Part shown: in pieces, positions 38,361-50,940 of the stretch
Position numbering within the stretch: position 1 is the stretch's first letter
Layout: each line of letters begins with the position of its first letter
Source: Eledone cirrhosa
Taxonomy: Eukaryota
DNA: 64,000 nt
Reading direction: 5' to 3'
Assembly (NCBI GenBank): GCA_964016885.1
Contig: OZ024758.1
Coordinates: 25,978,001 to 26,042,000 of the forward strand
Notes under the pieces: model-generated
Databases searched by the model: none
What the model saw: only the letters and a program-made list of their open reading frames with translations
What the model was told of the DNA's origin: nothing
Made by a program: the position numbers and the translations under genes

Positions 38361-39964
38361 TATATAAATTCTCCACTCTTAAATCATCTTTTTCTTTAAT
38401 TCTCATAATTATACTATTTAAGATATTTTTAAATTATGACATCAATAATTTGGCGCTCAAGGTAACTTGGCTTTACCTAACCCGTATTTTCCTTGATGGC
38501 GATGAATTGGCAGAGTCATTAGAATGTTGGATAGAATGCTTTGTTCTGGCTTTCTGCTCTCTGAATTCAAATCCTGCCGAGGTTAACTTTGCCTTTCATC
38601 CTTTCGAGGTCAATTAAAAATGGACCAGTCTAGTATTGAGGTCTATTCTTCCTCTTTATCTCTTTCTATCTATCTCTGAAAGAAATCAGGCTGAAGAAAG
38701 ATGGGCTCTTCCAAGCTTAAAATGCCCAAGAAATACTGTCACTACAGCATCCCATGTCACTACAACATCCCATGTCACTACAGCTCCCCTATGAATCCAT
38801 CAGGAGTTACGGGACCTTACCATACCATTTTCCTTGTAGTTCCCAACTAATCTGTTACTGAAGATTTCATGACTGTATTATGTTGAAAGAGTCATGTATC
38901 AGGTCATTACTTTTAGGTTAGTGTCTAAAGATGAAGCTCTTCACTTCACTGCACTCATTTGATTTCATATGATTTATTGTAACAGTGTTTAATATAATAA
39001 TCCGTCTCAGATAAAGGTTATTGGAACTTAAGAGAAACAGGAAAATGCCAATGACACATTCTTCCAGCAATTTCCAGTGTCAAGCAAGCATAAAAATGTG
39101 AGAAAAAAAAATATTAAAATTAAGTTGGATGGAAAAGAAAATTTAAGTATTTACTGCAAATGTATTTATATTCATTTTTTTTTATTTTTACAAACTTCGA
39201 TTTTTTAATGCTTATATTATTTGATTTATTATTGAAAACGTGAATGTCCCAAACGTCTCTACGAATAGTCTGATTTTCTCAACTATTATTTATAGTGATC
39301 AACTGTTATTACAGTCGTTTGTTTTTGTTTAATTTGGGATGCTCACATTTTCAAATTTCAAATCCTCTCAGCGCTTTGTAAATCATAGAAATTTGATTTA
39401 TCATGTTATTTAAAGTTTCCTAATGGGGTCGATAAAATAAAGTACCAGTAATACACTGGGATCGATTTAATTGACTTTCTATAATTGTTGGCCTTGTGCC
39501 TAAATCAGAAATCATTATTTAAAATGAGAATTATGTAGATAAAAGGACATTGTAAAAACAAATTTTTAACATCTATTATTTTTCCCTGACTAGTTGGCAT
39601 CTTCCATAGAATTGAAAGTTAACTTCTTATGAGCTGAGCCTGTGATTGAGCTTTAAATATATTATTATTAACATATTTCATGAGTAACAGTGACGAAAAT
39701 ACACAGTATCAATAAGGAGCAAAAACTCTGAAACAATTGTCAATTGTTTTCTCTCAGCTACCACTGGAACAAAAGGATTAGAGCGTCAGACAACATGCTT
39801 TGCAGTATAGAGTTGTGGCCCTTTACGTTCTGAGTTCAAATCCCGCCGAGGCTAACTTTGCCTTTCATCCTTACAGAATCGATAAAATAAAGCACCAGTA
39901 ATGCACTGGGGTAATTGCTAGCCTTGTGCCAAAAGTAGAAACAATTATTATAATATTATTATTC

Positions 39965-40292
39965 ACTCATCATCATCATCATCATCATTTTACGTCCGCT
40001 CTTCCCTGCTTGCAAGGGTGGGACGGGTCTTATTCAGCAAAGCATCTCTCCACTCGTCACGGTCCCTCGTCATCTCCTCCGTGAGCTTCAATGATCTGAG
40101 GTCTGTTCTCACCACCTCCGCCCATGTTTTTCGTGGTCTACCTCTACCACGTCTTCCTTCAACTGGCAATTCCTGGCACTTCTTCACCCATCGGTCATCC
40201 TCCATGTGCATCACATGTCCATACCACCTCAGTCTCCTCTCCCGCACACCACATTCTATCCCTCTCAGACACAGTTTCTCTCTCAACACTCA
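39965..40292 (-). mobile_element. RTE LINE 3' end with (ATG)n tail
   Basis: RERRLRWYGHVMHM...GRRGRGRPRKTW...DRDEWR motif. Confidence 0.9.
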
Positions 40293-41675
40293 TGGATAAA
40301 TGTAGATATCTACCATGGATACATTTAGATATGGATATCTGAGAGATACATTTAGATATCTACCATGGATACATTTAGATATGGATATCTGAGAGATAAA
40401 TGTAGATATCTACCATGGATACATTTAGATATGGATATCTGAGAGATAAATGTAGATATCTACCATGGATACATTTAGATATAGATATCTGAGAGATAAA
40501 TGTAGATATCTACCATGGATACATTTAGATATCTACCATGGATATGGATATCTGAGAGATAAATGTAGATATCTACCATGGATACATTTAGATATGGATA
40601 TCTGAGAGATAAATGTAGATATCTACCATGGATACATTTAGATATGGATATCTGAGAGATAAATGTAGATATCTACCATGGATACATTTAGATATGGATA
40701 TCTGAGAGATAAATGTAGATATCTACCATGGATACATTTAGATATGGATATCTGAGAGATAAATGTAGATATCTACCATGGATACATTTAGATATAGATA
40801 TCTGAGAGATAAATGTAGATATCTACCATGGATACATTTAGATATGGATATCTGAGAGATACATTTAGATATCTACCATGGATACATTTAGATATAGATA
40901 TCTGAGAGATACATTTAGATATCTACCATGGATACATTTAGATATAGATATCTGAGAGATAAATGTAGATATCTACCATGGATACATTTAGATATGGATA
41001 TCTGAGAGATAAATGTAGATATCTACCATGGATACATTTAGATATGGATATCTGAGAGATAAATGTAGATATCTACCATGGATACATTTAGATATAGATA
41101 TCTGAGAGATAAATGTAGATATCTACCATGGATACATTTAGATATGGATATCTGAGAGATAAATGTAGATATCTACCATGGATACATTTAGATATGGATA
41201 TCTGAGAGATAAATGTAGATATCTACCATGGATACATTTAGATATGGATATCTGAGAGATAAATGTAGATATCTACCATGGATACATTTAGATATGGATA
41301 TCTGAGAGATACATTTAGATATCTACCATGGATACATTTAGATATGGATATCTGAGAGATACATTTAGATATCTACCATGGATACATTTAGATATGGATA
41401 TCTGAGAGATACATTTAGATATCTACCATGGATACATTTAGATATGGATATCTGAGAGATAAATGTAGATATCTACCATGGATACATTTAGATATCTACC
41501 ATGGATACATTTAGATATAGATATCTGAGAGATAAATGTAGATCTCTACCATGGATACATTTAGATATAGATATCTGAGAGATAAATGTAGATATCTACC
41601 ATGGATACATTTAGATATCTACCATGGATACATTTAGATATAGATATCTGAGAGATAAATGTAGATATCTACCAT
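40291..41675. repeat. 50-bp satellite with internal palindromes
   Basis: Unit atctaccatggatacatttagatatggatatctgagagataaatgtagat. Confidence 0.95.
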
Positions 41676-42664
41676 ATTAAAAGCAAAAGCAAATTTTGTT
41701 TCCAGTCACTTATTTTTATGAAAATAAAATTTGAAAAATAATGTAAAAACTAGTATGTGACTTAACTGAACCTACAAAACTGTTTATATGAGTCAAGTAT
41801 GAAACCAAAGCTGTTGTATATGGAATAGAGGTTTTACATATCGACTTTCGTCAAATCGGACCGAGGAAACAATGTTTCCATTGCTAATACTATCTACTGG
41901 TCGCAACTCCAGGTAGAAGGAGCAATGTGAAATAAAGTGTCTTGCTCAAGGACATAATGCATCGCCTGGTCCAGGAATCGAACTCACAACCTCACGATTG
42001 CGAATCCAATTCTCTTACCACTCAGTATATTTAGCAATTGTTGTAGCTCTTGGAATTAATTTTCTATATTAACCCTTTAGCATTTACATTACTCTATATA
42101 TACTATTGTATTTTCACAGTAAACACTTTATCTCACATAATATCGAATCTATGAGATTTTGATATTATATATTTTGAGAACAATACCTTAACATCAGTAT
42201 GAACAGCCGTAACAACTTGAGAATGTCTTCCTTAACCCTTTAGTATTTACATTACTCTATATTTACTATTGTATTTTCATGATAAAAACTTTATCTCTCA
42301 TAATATCGAGTCTACCAGATTTTGATATTATTATATATATTTTGAGAACAATACCTCAACATCAATATGAGCAGTTGGTTTGAACAGAAAGAGGTGAGAA
42401 AATTCTGGCCAGATATGGCCAATTTAAATGCTAAAGGGTTAATGTCTTTTAGAAAAGTATCAATATGACAATCCTTATTTGACCTGTCCTAAAATTCTTG
42501 GTCTACCTGTAGCAGACAATAAGGAATTATCCAATGAACGTTTCCTAAAATATCATTACAGTCATAGCAAATTACATCCAGAAACTGATACATGTCAATT
42601 TGAATTCAAAGAGAAATTTACATTAAGTTGGTTTTCTATGGTATATTTTATTTTTCTAATTTAA

Positions 42665-43284
42665 CCCTTTAGCATTTAAACCAGCCAGAATTCTCTCACC
42701 TCTTTCTCTTCAAACCAGCCATATCCAGCCAGAATTCTCTCACCTCTTTCTCTTCAAACCAGTCATATCCGACCAGAATTCTCTCACCTCTTTCTCTTCA
42801 AACCTGCCATATCTGGCCAGAATTCTCTCACCTCTTTCTCTTCAAACCAGTCATATCCGACCAGAATTCTCTCACCTCTTTCTCTTCAAACCAGCCATAT
42901 CCAGCCAGAATTCTCACCTCTTTCTCTTCAAACCTGCCATATCTGGCCAGAATTCTCTCACCTCTTTCTCTTCAAACCAGCCATATCCAGCCAGAATTCT
43001 CTCACCTCTTTCTCTTCAAACCTGCCATATCTGGCCAGAATTCTCTCACCTCTTTCTCTTCAAACCAGCCATATCTGGCCAGAATTCTCTCACCTCTTTC
43101 TCTTCAAACCGGCCATATCTGGCCAGAATTCTCTCACCTCTTTCTCTTCAAACCAGCCGTAACTGGCCAGTCATACTTATGTTAAGGTATTGATCTCAAA
43201 ATAAATAATATCAAAATCTCATAGATTAAGTGTTTACCATGAAAATACAATAGTAACTATAAAGTAATGTAAATACTAAAGAAT
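42665..43284. mobile_element. piggyBac-type MITE with internal 44-bp tandem array (~11 copies)
   Basis: MITE ends plus repeats of atatccagccagaattctctcacctctttctcttcaaaccagcc. Confidence 0.88.
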
Positions 43285-43781
43285 TAAACATTAGTATACT
43301 AATATTGCATGTTGGATTTAGCTTTAAAATCATGAATTCTTACGCTGAAAAAATATTGTCAGGATATTTAATATATTTTATTTCATCAAACTATTAATTA
43401 AAAAAAGAAATAATTTAAAAATATATATATATATGTTTGTCAGCGGATGTGTGGTGTATGGGTGGGTGGATAGGAAGAGGTGTTTGCGTGGGTGTATTTC
43501 TGTGGGTGAGTGGGTGTTTGTGAGTATGTGTGTATATTTGTGGGTGTGGGAGGGGCTCTGGATGTTAAGAGTTAAAGTCTTCAGTATAGGGCACCGATCT
43601 AAAAGAAGTTCACCAAACAATAACTTTAACCCTTGATTCAATTCATTGTTTTGTCTTATGTCAACCATTGATAGGTAAACATTGACTATAAATTCAGTTC
43701 AACTATATTTACTCACCTGTTGTTCTACAACTATAATTATAGTCTATCATTTCTCAGCAATTGTTGCAAACTTATTAAAGA

Positions 43782-44031
43782 AAATTAGAAATAGAAGCTT
43801 TCACTGTATTTTTTTTTTTTTTTTTTTTTTACTAAAGAAATTTTAGCCTGATAGTGAGGTTTAGAACCCTCTAAGAAATGGAAAAAGATGAGTATTGACA
43901 TACATGTACTCACATGTACTCCCAATACTCATCTTTTTTCCATTTCTTAGAGGGTTCTAAACCTCACTATCAGGCTAAAATTTCTTTAGTAAAAAAAAAA
44001 AAAATACAGTGAAAGCTTCTATTTCTAATTT
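43782..44031. repeat. Near-perfect inverted repeat, ~110-bp arms, 25-nt spacer
   Basis: Arms 43782-43897 and 43923-44031 differ only in homopolymer lengths. Confidence 0.93.
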
Positions 44032-44225
44032 CAAACTCCTTCGCTGTTTCAAAACAAACTTACCTTTATTAAAGACACTTTTTTATTTTATTTTATTTTA
44101 TTTCATGCTTTAGATCTGATTTTTTATGAATAAATTAATTTTGAATACTTTTTGTTTTCAATAAATTTTTATTTTGTAATGGAGGTGATGAATGTACAAC
44201 TCATAAAAATATTAATCATCTACAT

Positions 44226-44411
44226 CTGTGGTTCCCAAAGAGGGTTCCGCAGAACTCGAGGGTCCCGCAAAAGAGTGTCTGGGGTTACATGAAATAAAGG
44301 TAGAGGAGTATATTTATAATCCAACCTTATAATAGTATTAGACTTTGGGGTTCCGCCAAAAGTTTCTGAACCAAAAAGGGTTCCAAGTTTGAAAAAGTTT
44401 AGGAAACCCTG
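44226..44411. mobile_element. hAT MITE
   Basis: ctgtggttcccaaa / tttaggaaaccctg; 8-bp TSD ATCTACAT. Confidence 0.8.
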
Positions 44412-47157
44412 ATCTACATTTTAACATTTGATCCCCTACTTTATCAAGGTCTAAAAAAAAGACTACAGGTTTTGTTTCAGCCCCTCAACTAACACATTTA
44501 AAAATTTTTTTTTTAAAAAGCCTAAAGTCATGAAATAATTAGTGTAAAACATTGAAAATGAAAACAAAGACTTAATCATAAAATAATTTTAAATGATTGA
44601 AAATAAAAACCACTATAAAAATTTAGATATTTAAAAGTTAAATAATTATGATATACCATATTTTGCATATTTTAAAAAAAATGAAAAATAAAGAGTAAAA
44701 ATTTAAATAGGGAAAGGGGACGGGGGGCTGCAGACTACACCACATGGTGTATATCTCAGCTGTAGCCCATGGATTAAAATGGGGACTGCATTGCCACAAA
44801 GAACAACCAATGGCACTTAGAGTATCAACCACTCTATTTCATGGGGTTCCCTTCTCAAGTGGGTTGCTTTCCTGATTTTGGCAGAGGAAAACAGCAATCC
44901 AGGGACCGAGAACACGAGAGGTCTCAATGGTGAGTAGCACAAAAAGAAAACAGTTGATCAAGTCTTAGTATTTAGCTATCTTCCTCTCCCCTGTGTCACT
45001 GGCAGCAGTACCAGAGTTTGACCCTTAAAACATATGACTTCAAAGGTATGAAACAACCAGCCAAATATTCTATTACTATCTGAACTGATAGTTTGTGATA
45101 ATGGTTTCTGATTTAGGCACAAGACCAACAATTTTAAGGGAGAGGGGAAGGGGAAAGTCAATTAAATCGACCCCAGTGCATTACTGGTGCTTTAGTTTAT
45201 CAACCCTGTAAGGATGAAAGGCAAAGCTAACATTGGCAGGATTTGAACTCAGGCAGTAAAGGGCCGTAACTATGCTGAAGAGCATGTTGCCCAACGCTCT
45301 ACTGATACTGCCAATTCACCACCCTTTTGTGATAATTGTTTCTACTTTTGGCACAAGGCCAGCAATTATCCCAGTGCATTACTGGTACTTTATTTTATCG
45401 ACCCCGTAAGGATGAAAGGCAAAGTTAACCTAGGCGGGATTTGAACTCAGAATGGCAAGGGCCGTAACTCTATGCATCAAAGCATGGCGTCCAACCCTCT
45501 ACCGATACTGCCAATTCACAATACACAGCTATCGTTTCTTCAGTCACTAGATGGTGGTGGCTTGCTAGTGTGAGGGGAGGGATAAACCACATAACCTAAT
45601 ACAATTGTGGTCTGTTATTTCACCAAATTACATGTATACATAGTTTTATATGCCACACTTTACAACAGCACAACTGCCAGGTGTTACATCTATTGAGGAA
45701 CATCTTCCAATTGTTTAGATTTCAATAAGCTAAGCACACATTATTTTGGCTGGTTAAACTACCCCCAAAATACACATGTTAATATTTGCGGACACATAAA
45801 TTGCATTCATAGACGCATTTACAGATGACTATCATCATCATCATCATCATCATTTTACGTCCGCTTTTCCCTGCTTGCAAGGGTGGGACGGGAACTGATT
45901 CTGGCTTGATTTCTACAGCTGGATGCCCTTCCTAACACCAACCTCATTTACAGTGAGTGCTGGGTGCTTTTTTGCCGTGGCACCTCCACGACCACTTTAT
46001 AGTGAGTGCTGGGTGCTTTTTTGCCGTGGCACCTCCACGACCACTTTATAGTGAGTGCTGGGTGCTTTTTTGCCGTGGCACCTCCACGACCACTTTGCAG
46101 TGGAATGATAGGGACCCCTATCATCTCATTTCTACAGCTGAGTAAACTGGAGCAATATGAAATAAAGTGTCTTGCTCAAGGAATCAACACATCACCCGGT
46201 CTGAGAATTGTTGAACTCACAACCTTTCCATTGCAAGGCCAATGCTCTAACCACTAAGCCATGTGCCTCCATATCATATGAAACAGATAATTTACACTCC
46301 ACAAAATACATTATTTTTTCTCTTTCTGACATTTTTATATTTTTGTTTCACTCTACAAAAGTGAGTTACATTGTCAAAATATTCAAGTCTCTCTTCTCAA
46401 CAAATCTACTTCCCCAACCAAAAGACAAAAGTTCCCAATCTTACTGACAAGCCCATTCTTTATATGACTATAAATATTTTTCAGTTATTGTTTTTGTCTA
46501 ATGCCATGTGCGTTTTTCACTGGTAGTTGGCTCCTCTACCGCCAGGAAAAAAGCTCGTTGAGAAAGTAAAACTCCGTTCCGCTTGCTCTAGTAGGCTTTT
46601 ATATTTATATGTGAGCTGATAGAGTACAGTCTAAGGATTTACAGAAACCCATGAAGCTAGATTTAACACCTGTCTAGTGGGTCCGGGTATGATTTTACAT
46701 TCATTTAAATTATTGACGTATTGTTTTATTGATATTTTTTATCTGTTTGTCCCGAATCTTCCTTTATCGATTTTATATCGTATGGTTGATTGTAGACTTG
46801 ATCTATATGTGACGGTATTTTAACGATAGTTATAGCTCTGATTCATCTGAATTATTGAGCCCTCTGCCGCTCATGTCGAATCTCGTTTATCGTGAACTCG
46901 TGCGCCGATTTTTCGATACTCGATCTTTCTAATATATATATATATATATAAAAGCAGAAGGGATATTCAATTTGTTGGTAATTCAACAAATATAAATGTT
47001 TATAACTGATTCAAAGCACTCTACAGATTTTCTGGAGTATAATATTCAATGATATTAAATAAATGGAAACTATATTTATATTTATAGAATAAATATGGTT
47101 TTATAAATATAGTTTCCATTTATTTAATATCATTGTATATATATATATGTATGTATG

Positions 47158-47189
<32 letters not shown>

Positions 47190-47305
47190 TTACGGCCATA
47201 TCATGCTGAAAACACTGGTTCTCATCCGATCACCGAAGTTAAGCAACGTCGAGCCTAGTTAGTACTTAGATGGGTGACCACTTGAGAACCCTAGGTGCCG
47301 TAAGC
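47190..47305 (+). pseudogene. 5S rRNA pseudogene (near full length)
   Basis: ttacggccatatcatgctgaaaacactggttctcatccgatcaccgaagttaagc...gttagtacttagatgggtgacc...ggtgccgtaagc. First two bases replaced by (TA)n; apparent CpG decay; followed by a T-run. Confidence 0.88.
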
Positions 47306-48977
47306 GTTTACTTTTTATGGAGGCACATGGCTTAGTGGTTAGAGCATTGGCCTTGCAATCGAAAGGTTGTGAGTTCAATTCTCAGACCGGGTGATGTGTT
47401 GTTTCCTTGAGCAAGACACTTTATTTCACATTGCTCCAGTTTACTCAGCTGTAGAAATGAGATGACAGGGACTGGGGTCCCTATCATTCCACTGTAAAGT
47501 GGTTGTGGAGGTGCCATGGAAAAAAAAGCACCCAGCACTCACTGTAAATGAGGTTGGTGTTAGGAAGGGCATCCAGCTGTAGAAATCAAGCCAGAATCAG
47601 TTCCCGTCCCACCCTTGCAAGCAGGGAAAAGCGGACGTAAAATGATGATGATGATGATATATCACACAGACAGACACACACACATATATATATATATATA
47701 TTTATTTATTAAAATAACAGATTAAAGTTTAAGCAAAGAAGATCCCGTTAAGGGTGAAAGCAGCGATTCTTTGCTTAAACTTTAATCTGTTATTTTAATA
47801 AATATTTGCTCTACGGTTCTTATATATTTCATATATATTTATCCTTATCGAGCCCTCTTTGGATTTTAGTCTTCATATTTATTATTATTACTATATATAT
47901 ATATATATAACAAAGAGGGTGTGGTAAGATACCAGGTGGACCATAACACACCAGAGTACTCAATACTTAGTGTGGTAGAGTGGGTAATAAGGAAATAGTC
48001 AGGACCCCGACGACTGAACTCCGGCCCTTTCGACAGCTAGATCTGAACTGGATATGTGTGTGTATAATATATATGTAAAAGTAATAACAAAAATAACAAA
48101 AATAACAAAACAAATGGCACAGTACATGGAAGAAATATATTAGTTTAACGCTTAAAATGTATATTTATATACAGAGTGTCCCCAAAAAGTGTATACACAC
48201 TTCAATACCATTCTAATAAATATTGCCTGTACTGGTAATCAAACTGTGTTGGGGGACACCCTGTATATATGTATATATATATATATATAGTCAGTGGACC
48301 GAAATCTTTGGCGCTACGCAGAAGACCCGCCTTGCCTAAGTACAAAGCGAAACCTACAGTCAGTAGGCACCTCTTAACCAAAATAAACCCCCATCCCACT
48401 ACTCCTACCCCCACCGCCATCTACACCACCCCTTTCGATGTAAAGTTATGTTGGTGCCACAACATCCAGTCCTAAATAAACGAGGTCGTGTAGGTGTCAC
48501 GACAAAATAACACACAGTCCACGCTGTAATATGGCCGTGTAGGCAACACGGTAAAAACCTCCCAGTCCACACTGTAAACGTGGTTGGTGTTAGGAAGGGC
48601 ATCCAGCCGTAGAAAACCCGCCAGACAGTCCTATACGAGCAAGACAACCAATATTGCCTCAAGTGGGACAATTCCCGTCTAAACCCATGCTAGCGTGGAA
48701 GTTGGACGTTAAACGATGACGATATATATGTAGGAAAGGAGATAGCTGTCGAAACGGCCGGAGCTCAGCCGTCGAGGTCCTGACTCTTTTCCTATTACCC
48801 ACCCTACTACCCATAGTATCGAGTACTCTAGTGCGTTATGGTCCACCTGGTTCCTTAGCACACTTCCTTCGTTTTATATATATATATATATAGAAAGTTA
48901 TATTTAAATTGTTGGGTTACAACTAGTAAATATTAATAACTGATATAAAAGCACTCGACAAGTATTTGGAGTATATT

Positions 48978-49346
48978 TACGATATTAAATAAATGGAAAC
49001 TATATTTATAAAACCATATCTATTTCATTATATATATTTCAGGGATATCATATTAACAATATGCTATGCCTTCCTCAGACAAAATACAATATAAACAGTT
49101 TTATAGATAAATAGATTTGACATACCGTACAACATCGACTTGTATTTGAAAAGTTGAACTGCCAATTCAACTTTTCAAATACAAGTCGATGTTGTACGGT
49201 ATGTCAAATCTATTTATCTATAAAACTGTTTATATTGTATTTTGTCTGAGGAAGGCATAGCATATTGTTAATATGATATCCCTGAAATATATATAATGAA
49301 ATAGATATGGTTTTATAAATATAGTTTCCATTTATTTAATATCGTA
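48978..49346. repeat. Perfect palindrome, 181-bp arms, 7-nt loop, in (TA)n context
   Basis: Arms 48978-49158 and 49166-49346; loop ctgccaa. Confidence 0.95.
49238..49303 (+). ncRNA. Type I hammerhead ribozyme motif (mirror copy 49021-49086 on - strand)
   Basis: tattttgt-CTGAGGA-aggcatagcatatt gtt aatatgatatccct-GAAA-tatata-TA-atgaaata: 8-bp stem I, 14-bp stem II with 2 mismatches, palindromic ATATATAT stem III. Confidence 0.65.
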
Positions 49347-49934
49347 TATATATATATATTTATATAAGTGCATAAGAATTGTCTATATAGCACCAATCAT
49401 ATTATGATATTTTTGTCACAGCATAGCTGCCATTTCAGCTGACATCAGCAGATCAAGATTTGTGACATTCATTTAACTCCAAAGTCAATATTGACAATTT
49501 ATGTTTCAGTCAACAATGTGACTGCCAGGAAAGATCTCACCTCCCATTTAAATAAAAACAAAAAACAAAAAACAAAAAACAACGAAATTTTAGATACAAG
49601 ATGTGAATTGGTGGAGTGGATAGAACACCTGTACAGAGAATGGGATTTAAACTGAGATAATGACCAGTGGATAAGGCGGCAAATTGGCAGAGTGGTTAGG
49701 GTGTCAGATAGAATGTTTTGTATTTGTTCCGGCTTTCAACTCTCTGAATTCAAATCCCGCCGAGGTCAATAAAAAAAAGTACCTCTCTAGTACTGTAGAG
49801 GAATACAACTCAAACTATACATATTCCATTATTGTTATTTTAATTTCATTCTATATTACGTACAAACCTAAAACCTACAGTCGGTAGGCACCTCTTAACC
49901 CAATATACACTCCACCCCACACACCCTACTCCAT

Positions 49935-50940
49935 CCACTGTGTAGGTGACACAACAAAAACCACCCAGTCCACACTGTAAAGTGGTCATGTAGGTGACAC
50001 GACAAAAACCACCCAGTCCACGCTGTAAAGTGGTCATGTAGGTGACACAACAAAAACCACCCAGTCCACACTGTAAAGTGGTCATGTAGGTGACACAACA
50101 AAAACCACCCAGTCCACACTGTAAAGTGGTCATGTAGGTGACAACAAAAAGTACCCAGTCCACACTGTAAAGTTGTCATGTAGGTGTCCTGACAAAAACC
50201 ACCCAGTCCACGCTGTAAAGTGGTCATGTAGGTGTCACGACAAAAACCACCCAGTCCACGCTGTAAAGTGGTCATGTAGGTGTCACGACAAAAACCACCC
50301 AGTCCACGCTGTAAAGTGGTCATGTAGGTGTCACGACAAAAACCACCCAGTCCACGCTGTAAAGTGGTCATGTAGGTGTCACGACAAAAACCACCCAGTC
50401 CACGCTGTAAAGTGGTCATGTAGGTGTCACGACAAAAACCACCCAGTCCACGCTGTAAAGTGGTCATGTAGGTGTCACGACAAAAACCACCCAGTCCACA
50501 CTGTAAAGTGGTCATGTAGGTGTCACGACAAAAACCACCCAGTCCACGCTGTAAAGTGGTCATGTAGGTGTCACGACAAAAACCACCCAGTCCACGCTGT
50601 AAAGTGGTCATGTAGGTGTCACGACAAAAACCACCCAGTCCACACTGTAAAGTGGTCATGTAGGTGACGCAACAGAAAGCCCCCACTCCACACTGTAAAG
50701 TGGTCATGTAGGTGTCACGACAAAAACCACCCAGTCCACACTGTAAAGTGGTCATGTAGGTGTCACGACAAAAACCACCCAGTCCACACTGTAAAGTGGT
50801 CATGTAGGTGACACAACAAAAAGCCCCCACTCCATACTGTAAAGTGGTCGTGTAGGTGATACAATAAAAAGCTCCCACTCCATACTGTAAAGTGGTCGTG
50901 TAGGTGATACAATAAAAAGCTCCCAGTCCACACTGTAAAT
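49935..50940. repeat. 48-bp tandem array inside a SINE body, ~21 copies
   Basis: Unit gtaggtgtcacgacaaaaaccacccagtccacgctgtaaagtggtcat; continues into the SINE tail at 50940-51096. Confidence 0.93.

Noticed and set aside
47190-47305. Functional 5S rRNA gene
   Set aside because: Solitary, 5' bases missing, several CpG-type substitutions; called a pseudogene
49895-50878. 327-aa Cys-rich ORF
   Set aside because: Translation of the SINE-derived 48-bp array
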